NCBI GenBank assembly: GCA_032128875.1 | Contig: JAVLKG010000003.1 | Span: 577,008 to 641,007, forward strand | DNA from: Candidatus Melainabacteria bacterium 17Bon1m | GTDB lineage: Bacteria > Cyanobacteriota > Vampirovibrionia > Obscuribacterales > Obscuribacteraceae | Direction: 5' to 3' | Length of the DNA stretch: 64,000 nucleotides | Shown here: one piece after another, positions 49,121-58,920 of the stretch | How positions within the stretch are numbered: position 1 is the first letter of the stretch | Layout: each line of letters opens with the position of its first letter | The notes under the pieces: model-generated | Databases searched by the model: none | What the model saw: only the letters and a program-made list of their open reading frames with translations | Told to the model about the DNA's origin: nothing | Translations under genes and position numbers: made by a program

Positions 49121-51168
49121 TCAGTGAATGAATGAGGTTTGCCTAGAATTTCAGGTCTCTTCAATGTGGGAGCCGCTTCTTTTGGCTCTGCACTAATTTC
49201 TGATTCTTTCGCTTCGTCCTGCTTCGGCAAAATCTTTGCCATTAAAGCTAGATTGTAGATTAGTTCTTCCGGTATGAGTATGTCTGGACGGCGAAGTTTT
49301 GCCACCTCTTCATGACCGCGCGCGACGGCGATCGTCCTGCGAATAACCTCCCCGTTACCCATGAAGAGCGTCGCCTCGCCACTTTCTTCGGAGAACATGA
49401 AAGCTTCGCCTTCCTTGAGTGAGGACGTACCGTGCTCTGCAAGGTATTTAAGTCTGGCGTCTATCGGGTCAATGGGCTTCTCCGCAGCCTTCTGGGTCGA
49501 TGCCGGTTTTTCCTCGTGGTTGAAAGCTGAAAGAAGGGCCGCGACAAGAGAGATGCGCTTGGTGATTGCCGGAGGCATGGTCAAGCTGAACGAACCAACT
49601 TCTAATGTCTCTTCCTTGTTTGAATTGTCAGAAGTATTGAGCGCTGAGAGGGTTGTTTCATCCGGTGTAAAGCTGATTGAAGCAGTCCGTTTTTGCGATT
49701 CTTGCTGGCTTTCTTGTTGTTCAGTGATCGTTTCTGTTGTTTCAGATGTGTCTTTATTTGCTATCTTGCTCGTCTTCTCTTCAGCTTCTTCGGATGCACT
49801 CGTCTCAGCAGATTTGTCCTTGTCGTCGGTGCTGCGCGCAAGATGTTTTTCAAGCCAACCGCGGCGCTCTTTCTTCTCTTCGACGGTCTTTTCTTCGCCA
49901 ACTTTCGCGGTATCCGCAAAGCGCTTTTCCTGGGAGTGCTGTTTTTCTTCTTTCAGGCGTTTTTCTTCGGCAAGCTTTTGCGCCGCAGCTAATTTCTTTT
50001 CCTCAGCAAGAGCTTTCGCGTCAGCGACTCTCTTCTCTTGAGCGAGTCGCTTCTCTTCTTTGATACGCTGAATTTCGGCGCGCTTCTTTTCGGCGGCAAG
50101 TTTTCTTTCGTGCGCTGCCTTCTCGGCCCTTTCTGCTGCGCGTCGCTTTGCTTCACTCCAGAACGAACGGCGCGGCTGTTTTTCTTTCTGCTTTCCAGAT
50201 TCTGCCTTCTCAGAGTCCATCGATATTCTAGGGAGTCCAAGAATGGAAAGCGGATTGAAAACGTGATCTTTTAATTCAGCAAATCCTTCTTTAATCAAGT
50301 CGGAGACAGTGGCATCCGCCGCACTTTCTTTCTCTGATTCCAGCTTGGCTGCGATTTTCGATTCTTTACTGTCTTTGGGCTCTGACCACAAGTCGTCTTC
50401 GTTGATGTGAGTGGTTTTGACCCGACTAGTTTTCTTTTCTGCAATTTCCTCCACTTTAGGATGCAGTTGCAGGATGGTGGTCGGGGACGCGTCGGTTGAG
50501 GACTTGTCACCGGATTCGGTGTTGGTGCCGGGCGCCGTGAGAGTGATGCCTAAGGAGCGTGAAAGTTCTTCTGCTGCGCTTCCGACATTGCCTTGCTCTA
50601 ATCGCACTGTTGCTAAAAGGAGGCGAATGCGAGTGAGGTCATTTTCGTTGAATTTCTTTGGATGAACTGCCCTTTTCCCAGCAGTCTTCGCAGACGACCG
50701 GGCTATCCGCAAAGCTTGTTCCAGGGATGAATCGGCAAGCTTCAAATAGCCTTGCTGTCTAAAGATCAGCGCCTGCTCATAAAATGCATTGATCTGGCGA
50801 GGATTCTTTTGCGTAGCTTTGAGAAATTCAACTAGGGCTTTATTTGTGTTCCCTTTGGCTTTGAGTGCCAGACCCAACTGGTAATGGTCTGTCGCTATGG
50901 GCTTTTTCCGGCCTCTGAAAGTGTGATTTCTGACAAGCGCTTTACCAGTCTTAGGACTGACAGGCACCATCACGGCGGATTGAACGAGCGGCGAGCCAAG
51001 CGGTTGCAACTGTGAGAGCGTAATTATGGGCTGTACTTTATCGCCCGGACTCACAATTTGCTTTGCCACTGCATGAGGTGCCAGGGCCAAACTTGAGGAG
51101 AGGGAAACAGAAATACAGGCAAAAGAAACACGAGATATACGACTCTTGTATATCTTCTGTATAAACAC
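49093..51168 (-). CDS. TPR-containing secreted protein with charged coiled-coil/low-complexity region
   Basis: Signal-like N-terminus; TPR DHYQLGLALK...NAFYEQALIF; K/E-rich centre. Confidence 0.75.
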   Translation of the reverse strand: MFIQKIYKSRISRVSFACISVSLSSSLALAPHAVAKQIVSPGDKVQPIITLSQLQPLGSPLVQSAVMVPVSPKTGKALVRNHTFRGRKKPIATDHYQLGLALKAKGNTNKALVEFLKATQKNPRQINAFYEQALIFRQQGYLKLADSSLEQALRIARSSAKTAGKRAVHPKKFNENDLTRIRLLLATVRLEQGNVGSAAEELSRSLGITLTAPGTNTESGDKSSTDASPTTILQLHPKVEEIAEKKTSRVKTTHINEDDLWSEPKDSKESKIAAKLESEKESAADATVSDLIKEGFAELKDHVFNPLSILGLPRISMDSEKAESGKQKEKQPRRSFWSEAKRRAAERAEKAAHERKLAAEKKRAEIQRIKEEKRLAQEKRVADAKALAEEKKLAAAQKLAEEKRLKEEKQHSQEKRFADTAKVGEEKTVEEKKERRGWLEKHLARSTDDKDKSAETSASEEAEEKTSKIANKDTSETTETITEQQESQQESQKRTASISFTPDETTLSALNTSDNSNKEETLEVGSFSLTMPPAITKRISLVAALLSAFNHEEKPASTQKAAEKPIDPIDARLKYLAEHGTSSLKEGEAFMFSEESGEATLFMGNGEVIRRTIAVARGHEEVAKLRRPDILIPEELIYNLALMAKILPKQDEAKESEISAEPKEAAPTLKRPEILGKPHSFTDWLKDVLNL

Positions 51169-51286
51169 CTAAAACCCTCACCACGACTTGCTTCAAGCTA
51201 ACCCAATCGGATCAATTTTGCAAGCAGTGAAGGTGTCCATCGAGTGAGGGATAGCAGGCGAACTTACGATTGAAAAAGCAGCGCAG

Positions 51287-51772
51287 TTACCTGCCGATCA
51301 AGCGTCTTTCCAGATTGCGTATGCTGGTCTTCCAGGACGGTTCATTGATTGTGCGCAGAATTTTTACAAGCACCGTTTTCGCACCACTTCTGTGCCCACC
51401 CAAAATATCCGTTAGTGGACGGTCGCCGATCACCGCCACTTCAGTTGGTGTCAAGCCGAGCATTTCTATTGCCTGCCTGAAACCTCTGCGGCTGGGTTTT
51501 TTCGCATATCCGATCACTGGCATATCGAAAAGCGCTTTAACCTTTTCCAGGTAAGCCGTGTTTTTGTTGTTGCTCAGGATTACCATCTTGAAGTGCGGTT
51601 TGGCTTTGATTAACCATGCGTTCACTTCATCTGTCAGTCTTCCTGACTTTGACTCCATGAGCGTGCTATCCAGGTCGAAGATCAGTCCCCTGACGCCATC
51701 GGCAACTAGGGTTTCGATAATGATGTCTGTGACGTCTCCGTCGATGTTGTAGGTTGGCTTGATGAAAGGCAT
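51287..51772 (-). CDS. yqeG: YqeG family HAD IIIA phosphatase
   Basis: FDLDSTL, ILSNN, AKKP, IGDRPLTDILGG. Confidence 0.88.
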   Translation of the reverse strand: MPFIKPTYNIDGDVTDIIIETLVADGVRGLIFDLDSTLMESKSGRLTDEVNAWLIKAKPHFKMVILSNNKNTAYLEKVKALFDMPVIGYAKKPSRRGFRQAIEMLGLTPTEVAVIGDRPLTDILGGHRSGAKTVLVKILRTINEPSWKTSIRNLERRLIGR

Positions 51773-51989
51773 TGGAAAACCATCTGTTTAAAAATGCGCG
51801 TTGTTTCCGGCGAACAAAGCTCCAGGTAAAGCGAAATTACACTGATAAGGAATAAATCGAACGTATCGGCCGCTTCTTTTGGCTTGTAAAATCCCGTGCT
51901 GGCGCAGCTTTAGGAAGATTCTGTGATTATATCTGGTCCCGTGAGGAATTGTTTATGTTTTTTGCTCGAGCCGCTGAGAGCCGGTAAAA

Positions 51990-52811
51990 TTGCCAGTTAG
52001 TGCTCTCGATATGCACGACCGAGCTCTTTCAGTGAGTCAACTGTTGAAAGCGTCAAAAACCCAGCCTGTCAGCTCAAAGGATACCGAGGCGGCGCAGGCG
52101 ACATCAATGTCCACTTTGCCGCTCAGGCACGTAGCCATCATCATGGATGGCAATCGCCGTTGGGCTGATCAGCGCAAGTTGCCGCGCCTTTCAGGTCATA
52201 AAGAGGGTGTTAAATCACTGAAGAGGCTTGTGCAGCACGCTGGAGCCATTGGGCTGGAATATTTGACCGTCTACGCCTTTTCAAGCGAAAACTGGCAGCG
52301 CAGCAAGGAAGAGGTTCGGTATTTGTTCGAACTGTTCAGCAATGTGCTGCGCGATGAGTTTACCGAGCTGGCTGACAATAAAGTCCGCCTCCGCTTTCTC
52401 GGAGACATGTCAACAATCCCCGCTCGCTTGAGGAAATCATTCGAGCGTTCGATGGAAGATTCCAAAAACAATACTGGACTGAATCTCCAGGTCGCTATCA
52501 ACTACGGTTCTCGACTGGAAATTACTCAGGCTGCAAAGCGCCTCGCCATCGATGTGGCTGCAGGAAAGTTGAATGCGAATGAAATTACGGAAGACTTGTT
52601 TGCCAATTACCTTTTTACCGAAGACATTCCGGACCCGGAAATGATGATTAGAACCGGCGGCGAGATGCGCCTCTCTAATTACTTATTATGGCAAGCCGCT
52701 TATTCGGAGCTATATATTACGCCGACTCTCTGGCCAGACTTTTCGCCACAGAACTTTGACGAAGCGCTCGACGAATACGCGCACAGAAATCGCCGGTTTG
52801 GCGCTGACTAA
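51990..52811 (+). CDS. uppS: Undecaprenyl diphosphate synthase (cis-isoprenyl transferase)
   Basis: HVAIIMDGNRRWA, YAFSSENWQR, AINYGSR, IRTGGEMRLSNYLLWQ, WPDF, RRFG. The start may be ATG 52011. Confidence 0.95.
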   Translation: MPVSALDMHDRALSVSQLLKASKTQPVSSKDTEAAQATSMSTLPLRHVAIIMDGNRRWADQRKLPRLSGHKEGVKSLKRLVQHAGAIGLEYLTVYAFSSENWQRSKEEVRYLFELFSNVLRDEFTELADNKVRLRFLGDMSTIPARLRKSFERSMEDSKNNTGLNLQVAINYGSRLEITQAAKRLAIDVAAGKLNANEITEDLFANYLFTEDIPDPEMMIRTGGEMRLSNYLLWQAAYSELYITPTLWPDFSPQNFDEALDEYAHRNRRFGAD

Positions 52812-52865
52812 ACTTTTCGCTTTAAATGCTATTTGTGTTGAAAACGCGTAGTTCCGGCCAGAAGC

Positions 52866-54572
52866 TTATCGCGGATAGTATCCGCCTTGCTGTGGCGGGT
52901 AACCACCTTGTGTTGGCGGCGGGTAACCGCTTTGAGGTGGAGGATAGCCGCCCTGTGGTGGCGGGGCGAAACCACCTTGCGGTTGTGGATAGCCACCATA
53001 TCCGCCACCACCGTAAGGGTAACCATATTGAGGCGGTGGAGGGGCTCCTGCGGCTACCTGCATTGATTCATCCAGCTGTATTGGCAGTTGCGAGCCGGCA
53101 GTTATAGTGACTTCTGACCCTTTTCGAACGACCGCGCCCACAGCGCCAACGCCGCCACCAAGTGCGGTGCCGAATACTGCGCCCATACCCGTGCTGCGCC
53201 CGACTTGTCCTCTTCCTGTTGCGCCTACGATTGCACCGAGTGCTGTGCCGAGAGCGGCACCACCGGCAGCGCCCACGCCTGTCGTGACCATGCCTTTGCC
53301 AACTCTTCCGGCTGTTGTTCCGCCGGTCAACCTTAACTGATTGTCGTCAATTGAAGCGGAAAGAGGAACCCGCCGCCCGTCCGGAGTTTCGATTTGAGTG
53401 AAGCGAATGTCGATTTTTCCATTGGCGCCAAACTTGAAACGCTTCGCTGAAACCACGTTGGTAACTTGTCCTACAAGCTTGCTTCCGGCTGGAACGACAG
53501 GAACACCATCGGAGTAAATCGGTGAGCCTAATGTCGCTTCAACTGATTCTCCCGGTTGTGTGGACCCAGAATCGAGCGTGTTTTTTAGAGTAGCTTGGAG
53601 CTTCGTTCCTGCGGCCACTACTGCAACTCGGCCGGCGAGATATGGCTGAGGTGGAGGATAGGCGCCAGCTTGTGGATACTGTGGCTGCATGGGTTGCATG
53701 GGTGGATAACCTTGTTGTGCTGCACCGGCATAAGGATTTTGCGGTGGCATCTGCCCTTGTTGTGGGTAACCTGGCTGTCCATAGCCCTGTTCGCTGACTC
53801 GTCCCTGAAAAGCTTGAGGTGACACTAATTGTGTCGATGCTGCATTCTGCGCGGGTGCATTTTGTGCCCCTAGATTTTGAGCCGTTCCATTTTGCGCTGT
53901 TGCACTTTGAACGGCTTGCGCTGTCGAATCTGCAATGTCTTTTCTCGCTTGAGTTTGCTGCAGTCGATATAAGAGTGCTGCCGCTGCGGCTCTTGTGGCT
54001 ATCGTCGTAGCGTCCACCAGATTGGGCTTTTCGTCACCGTCTAAAAGTCCGCTCTCTGCTGCCTGTGCAACACCTGTTCGTGCCCATTGTGGAACCTTGC
54101 TGCCGTCTTCGAACCGAGACAGTACGCGTTCTACAGTACCTTCATCGGGCGGTTGAGTTTGCAGCGCGCGCGCCACAATCACAATTACTTCGCCCTGTTG
54201 GATAAATTGATTTGGTCGAAAACCGTCTGCAAATCCTGCTATGAAATTGTTTTGCCGAATAATTTCAACGTATTTGTAATAAGGGTCGCTGACTTTGACG
54301 TCCGGAAAGCTTGGTGTCGTCGACACCGGCTGGTTTTCCAAACCGAGTGCGCGGACCATCCACATCGAAAGTACGGCACGCGTAACTGGCTCGCCTGGCT
54401 TAAACTTGCCGTCCGCCTCGGCTGGAATTACACCTTTGTCGGATAATTCATTGACGTACTTCTCAGCCCAACTGCTGCCCAGGTCGACAAATCTGGCTGC
54501 GTACGCCGGCAGAAGAGTGTTTATGGCGAAGAGCGCTGCCAGCGCAGCCGGCTTCACTTTTGAAAGACGCAT
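52866..54572 (-). CDS. S-layer homology (SLH) domain protein with beta-rich domain, glycine zipper and Pro/Gly/Gln/Tyr-rich tails
   Basis: Signal peptide from ATG 54572; SLH-like FVDL..SWA...FKPGEPVTRA, FPDV...GFADGFRPN, VPQWAR...ATRA; GAAGGAALGTALGAIVG. Confidence 0.85.
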   Translation of the reverse strand: MRLSKVKPAALAALFAINTLLPAYAARFVDLGSSWAEKYVNELSDKGVIPAEADGKFKPGEPVTRAVLSMWMVRALGLENQPVSTTPSFPDVKVSDPYYKYVEIIRQNNFIAGFADGFRPNQFIQQGEVIVIVARALQTQPPDEGTVERVLSRFEDGSKVPQWARTGVAQAAESGLLDGDEKPNLVDATTIATRAAAAALLYRLQQTQARKDIADSTAQAVQSATAQNGTAQNLGAQNAPAQNAASTQLVSPQAFQGRVSEQGYGQPGYPQQGQMPPQNPYAGAAQQGYPPMQPMQPQYPQAGAYPPPQPYLAGRVAVVAAGTKLQATLKNTLDSGSTQPGESVEATLGSPIYSDGVPVVPAGSKLVGQVTNVVSAKRFKFGANGKIDIRFTQIETPDGRRVPLSASIDDNQLRLTGGTTAGRVGKGMVTTGVGAAGGAALGTALGAIVGATGRGQVGRSTGMGAVFGTALGGGVGAVGAVVRKGSEVTITAGSQLPIQLDESMQVAAGAPPPPQYGYPYGGGGYGGYPQPQGGFAPPPQGGYPPPQSGYPPPTQGGYPPQQGGYYPR

Positions 54573-54783
54573 AGACACTCCTCGATAAAGTACCCAGCAT
54601 CGGAATCCTGTCTCCCTGGCGCAAACCCAAAAGATCCCGCCCATCATCGATACACTCGATAACTACTATAGCCTATATGGTAAATTTCAAGTTTTTCTAA
54701 ACGTGTGAAATCAGGCGCCTACGAGGGTGCCGCGCTTCTAAATCGATTTATCTGGACGCTAGCGACGAGTTTCCTTTTGTCGA

Positions 54784-55152
54784 TTAGCCGATCATCTGCT
54801 GGAGGCTCTTTCCTTGTTCTTCTACCGAGCGGATCAGACCTTCCAGATTGATCTTCTGATTCTTGGCGGTGAGCACTACGAGGAAGTGGTTGGCTACTTC
54901 ATAGAAGTGCAGGATGCCCTGGTCTGTCAGAAGTGTCATCTGCATGAGATTTCCGCGATTCATTCTCTGTATCGAAACATCATTGTTGGAAAACAAAGTT
55001 GCGGACAATGCGCCGATCATCGCCACGTCTACTTCGGGCGGCAGTGATGTAGCTACAACCTGTCCGTCTCGTGAGATGAGCAAACAACCCAAAATACCGT
55101 GCTTCCCATTGAGGGTGTTTAAAAGCGCCATCAGTTGTTGGGTATCGGCCAT
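54784..55152 (-). CDS. Roadblock/LC7 (MglB-like) protein
   Basis: GILGCLLISRDGQVV, GALSATL, NLEGL; 122 aa. Confidence 0.85.
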   Translation of the reverse strand: MADTQQLMALLNTLNGKHGILGCLLISRDGQVVATSLPPEVDVAMIGALSATLFSNNDVSIQRMNRGNLMQMTLLTDQGILHFYEVANHFLVVLTAKNQKINLEGLIRSVEEQGKSLQQMIG

Positions 55153-55220
55153 TTTGTTTCTCCTGAGATGTCGAACTTTCGGCAGTTAGGCGACGCGCGC
55201 ATCACCATCATGGCACAAGA

Positions 55221-55925
55221 TTACTTCGTATCTTCGTGCTTGGCACTATCCTTTTCTTTGTCTTTCTTCGGGTCTGGTGCGCTGGCGATCTTCACAAGCT
55301 GTTTGACGTCAACCCATGGTTCGTCCAGGGCGGTGGCGAACACCGTGCCGGCCACTTCAATCGTGTCGCCGTCTTTGAGGTCTTGCAGCAGTTTGTTTTT
55401 AGGATCTTTGTCCTTCGGAATTGGCATCGCCAATTTGATTTCCGAAAAAGGCACCTTGCTATTTGGTCGTAAAATCAAGAAAGACAGGTAGCTCTTAGAC
55501 GCGCGCATCGCTGGCTTGTAGTCAAGAGCGAGGCTCGAGTATGCGTGAAACGGAGCGGTGAACTTCACGTTTTTGTGCAGGTATTTATTAGGCTCGTCCA
55601 CCAGCTGCTGGGTCGTGACGTTTTGAACATTTTCAAGGGGCGGTTCTGGCACTGGAGCTGCTTCTGCCTTCTCCTTGCCGTCTTTGTCCTTGGCGTCCTT
55701 GTCCTTGCTGTCCTTCTCGGCGCCAGCGGGCTCTTTCTTGTCTTTAGCTGGTTTTGCGCTCGTACCGCTCGCCTTGGGCGCCGCGACGCTTTGCTGTGTG
55801 CTCACAAAACCTACAACCGTCAACGAGAGCGAAGCTGCTACTGCAAAGGCTATAAGTCCGCGCTTCGAATCTTTCAAATTGGTTGAGCTGATTTTTTGAT
55901 GCTTGATTTCTGTCATAACTTTCAC
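55221..55925 (-). CDS. Secreted hypothetical protein (possible OB-fold)
   Basis: TM/signal segment, K/D-rich linker, LKDGDTIEVAGTV. Confidence 0.7.
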   Translation of the reverse strand: MKVMTEIKHQKISSTNLKDSKRGLIAFAVAASLSLTVVGFVSTQQSVAAPKASGTSAKPAKDKKEPAGAEKDSKDKDAKDKDGKEKAEAAPVPEPPLENVQNVTTQQLVDEPNKYLHKNVKFTAPFHAYSSLALDYKPAMRASKSYLSFLILRPNSKVPFSEIKLAMPIPKDKDPKNKLLQDLKDGDTIEVAGTVFATALDEPWVDVKQLVKIASAPDPKKDKEKDSAKHEDTK

Positions 55926-56235
55926 CGGTTACCGCCCTATTTTTGGCTCGGAAATTTGCAGGACCCACCTAACGCCTTCTCAGGCTCCCGCTTAAGAGTC
56001 GTCTAAATTACCAAAGGCTCATCTTACCAGAAGCTTATCCTCTAATGCGAACAGACTCCTGTGTCGAAATGTAAGATTGGTCTGTCTCACAGTCGTTCTG
56101 ATGATTTCCGTATGTGTCGAATTGTTTTGACTACAAAATGAGCACAAAGCAAATCGAAAAGATATGCAGCGGGATCTGCCAAGGTGCGGCGGAGAATTGG
56201 GGAACTAGAAAGCGAACGTAAGGTGTTTTGAAAAC

Positions 56236-58887
56236 GTGAAAAAAGCGAAGAACACGCAAAACGAAGTGGCAGAAAATGCAGAAATCGGCGACACCCCCGT
56301 CGCCGAAGTCGAAAAACCCCGCGAGCTGACGCCTTTAATGCGTCAATACTGGGAGATTAAGTCTCAATATCCGGACTTCCTGGTTTTTTTCAGAGTTGGT
56401 GACTTCTATGAAATGTTCGATAGCGATGCCCAAGTTGCGTCCCGCGAACTCGATATCACACTAACGGGCAGACCAGAGTCTTCATATCCGGGCGGTCGCA
56501 TGCCGATGGCTGGTGTGCCAGTGCGCGCAGTCGATGCTTATCTGGCGAGGTTGATTCAAAAAGGATATTCGGTCGCGATCTGCGAACAGGTCGGCATTGT
56601 CGGCGCAGAGAAAGGACCTGTCGAGCGTCAAGTAACCAGAATTTTGACACCAGGTACGGTGCTCGAATCTCACCTTTTGCCTGTTAGGGAAAACAATTAT
56701 TTGCTGTCTGCTGTGAAAGCGACGGGTGCAAACGACCTGTGGGGGTTGGCTTTTGTTGACGCTTCGTGTGGTGAGTTCTTCGTCACGCAAGTTCCGGAAA
56801 GCACACTCGCAATTGAAATCGGCCGCATTCAACCAAGAGAAATCATTGCTGCTAAGCGGGTCGTTAAACCTCAGGGCGATGATGTTGTAGCTCGTGAAGT
56901 TATTGATTTGCCCCCGGCGATATTGGAGCAATACCATGTAACCGGTCGACCGGCGATGTATTTCCAATTCGAGCCGGCGCAAAGACGTGTTTGCCAATTC
57001 TTTGAAGTTTCCACCCTGGAAGGATTCGGCTGTCACAAAATGCCGCTCGCGACCGCTGCAGCAGGCGCGGCTCTGGAATATCTGGAGAAGACTTGCGGTT
57101 CTCAAATCCCTCGCTTCAACGGTATCTCGACCTATAGCGTCGATGGTCATATGACGATGGATGAAAACACCCGGCGCAATCTTGAGCTGACTGAAACTTC
57201 GCGTGACGGTGTTTTTCAAGGCAGCTTGCTTTGGGTTATTGATCAAACGCAAACCGGCATGGGCAGCCGTATGATGCGCAAATGGTTGATGCGCCCTCTC
57301 TTTGACGTCGCAGCGATTGAACAGCGTCAAAATGCAATTGAAGAATTGATCGGGCAACATCAAGTTCGCGAAACCCTGAAGGATTGCCTCTCTTCCTTGT
57401 CTGATTTGGAACGCCTTTCGGTCAAGCTTTCGTCCGGTACGATCAATCCCAAGGAATTGGCTGCGGTAGAAAATTCTCTCTCTCAATTACCCGCTTTAAA
57501 AAGCGCCGTCAAAGGTCTGAAGAGCGATAGCCTCAGGTGTTTATCTGAGCTTCCATTGAGTTTGGAAACTCTGAAGGAGGAAATCTCTCGTGCGCTTTGT
57601 GCAGATCCTCCCAGAGAATTGACTGAAGGCGGCATCTTCAAGGAAGGATACGACGAAGAACTGGACGAGATTCGTGGTTTGCTTGGTGGTGGAAAACAGT
57701 GGATCGAAGATCTGCAAAAGAAAGAAGCTGATCGCACAGGCATAAAGAGTTTGAAGGTCAACTTCAATCGCAACTTTGGTTATTTCATCGAAGTGACAAA
57801 CTCGCAGAAGGGCTTGGTTCCTGATGATTACATCAGGAAGCAGACTTTGACGAATGCTGAGCGTTTCATTACTCCAGAACTAAAAGAGTATGAAGCGAAA
57901 ATCCTCAATGCTGAAAAAGGTCAGTCCGACGTTGAATATAAGTTGTTTACTCAACTAAGGCAGCGTCTCACATCCGTTGGTGGAGACTTGCTCGCTGTTG
58001 CTAATAACCTGGCGACACTCGACGCTCTTCTTTCGCTCGCTAAAGTCGCGATCGAAGGAAGGTATGTCAAACCGCAAGTTGATAATTCTTTGGAACTGAA
58101 GATCTCCAGGGGCCGACATCCGGTGTTGGAGCGTATCTTACCCAAAGGCAGATATGTCGCCAACGACACTCGTCTTGAAGGCGATAGCGAAGATCACCAA
58201 ATGATCATCCTTACCGGTCCAAACATGGCTGGTAAATCAAGTCTGTTGAAACAGACCGCACACATTGTGATTCTGGCTCAAATGGGCTCTTTCGTTCCTG
58301 CTGATGCAGCTACTGTCGGTATTGTCGATCGGATTTTTACACGCATCGGCGCTGCGGACGATTTGTCTCAAGGGCAGTCTACATTCCTCGTAGAAATGAG
58401 TGAAACGACGCAGTGCTGCTTGTCGGCAACCAGCCGTTCGCTAATTCTCTTAGATGAAGTTGGGCGCGGCACCAGCACCTACGACGGTGTTGCGATTGCC
58501 TGGTCAGTGTCCGAATATCTTGCAAAAGAAGTACGTGCTCGAACGATATTCGCAACTCACTACCATGAGTTGAACGGGCTTGCTAGCTTCTTCCCGCAGA
58601 TATCCAATTATCAGGTTCTCGTCAAAGAAGTCGACGGGCATGTGGAATTCATTCGCTCCATCGCTCCTGGTGGTGCCAGCAGAAGCTTTGGTATTCAGGT
58701 CGCCAAAATGGCCGGTCTGCCTGCTGAAATCATCACCCGTGCGCAACACTTGATGCAGCAAATGGAGCGCCGCAGTGCTGCCAGCAAGATTCTGGACGGA
58801 CCAAAGTTTAGAAGCATTCCGATTGACGAGGTAATGCAATTGTCTCTCTTTGAGGCTGCCACTGCGGGCAGTGTTAGTGAGAGTTAG
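56236..58887 (+). CDS. mutS: DNA mismatch repair protein MutS
   Basis: TPLMRQY, FFRVGDFYEMF, TPGT, GRHPV, LTGPNMAGKS, STFLVEM, LLDEVGRGTSTYDG, FATHYHEL. Confidence 0.98.
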   Translation: MKKAKNTQNEVAENAEIGDTPVAEVEKPRELTPLMRQYWEIKSQYPDFLVFFRVGDFYEMFDSDAQVASRELDITLTGRPESSYPGGRMPMAGVPVRAVDAYLARLIQKGYSVAICEQVGIVGAEKGPVERQVTRILTPGTVLESHLLPVRENNYLLSAVKATGANDLWGLAFVDASCGEFFVTQVPESTLAIEIGRIQPREIIAAKRVVKPQGDDVVAREVIDLPPAILEQYHVTGRPAMYFQFEPAQRRVCQFFEVSTLEGFGCHKMPLATAAAGAALEYLEKTCGSQIPRFNGISTYSVDGHMTMDENTRRNLELTETSRDGVFQGSLLWVIDQTQTGMGSRMMRKWLMRPLFDVAAIEQRQNAIEELIGQHQVRETLKDCLSSLSDLERLSVKLSSGTINPKELAAVENSLSQLPALKSAVKGLKSDSLRCLSELPLSLETLKEEISRALCADPPRELTEGGIFKEGYDEELDEIRGLLGGGKQWIEDLQKKEADRTGIKSLKVNFNRNFGYFIEVTNSQKGLVPDDYIRKQTLTNAERFITPELKEYEAKILNAEKGQSDVEYKLFTQLRQRLTSVGGDLLAVANNLATLDALLSLAKVAIEGRYVKPQVDNSLELKISRGRHPVLERILPKGRYVANDTRLEGDSEDHQMIILTGPNMAGKSSLLKQTAHIVILAQMGSFVPADAATVGIVDRIFTRIGAADDLSQGQSTFLVEMSETTQCCLSATSRSLILLDEVGRGTSTYDGVAIAWSVSEYLAKEVRARTIFATHYHELNGLASFFPQISNYQVLVKEVDGHVEFIRSIAPGGASRSFGIQVAKMAGLPAEIITRAQHLMQQMERRSAASKILDGPKFRSIPIDEVMQLSLFEAATAGSVSES

Positions 58888-58920
58888 ATTCGAAGAAAGT
58901 GTCGAGGGGTCATTTGGTTA

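Noticed and set aside
56482-57486. 334-aa antisense ORF, and other long overlapping ORFs such as 41297-42064 and 49361-50041
   Set aside because: Shadow ORFs opposite well-supported genes (mutS, aspS, TPR protein), with no motifs.
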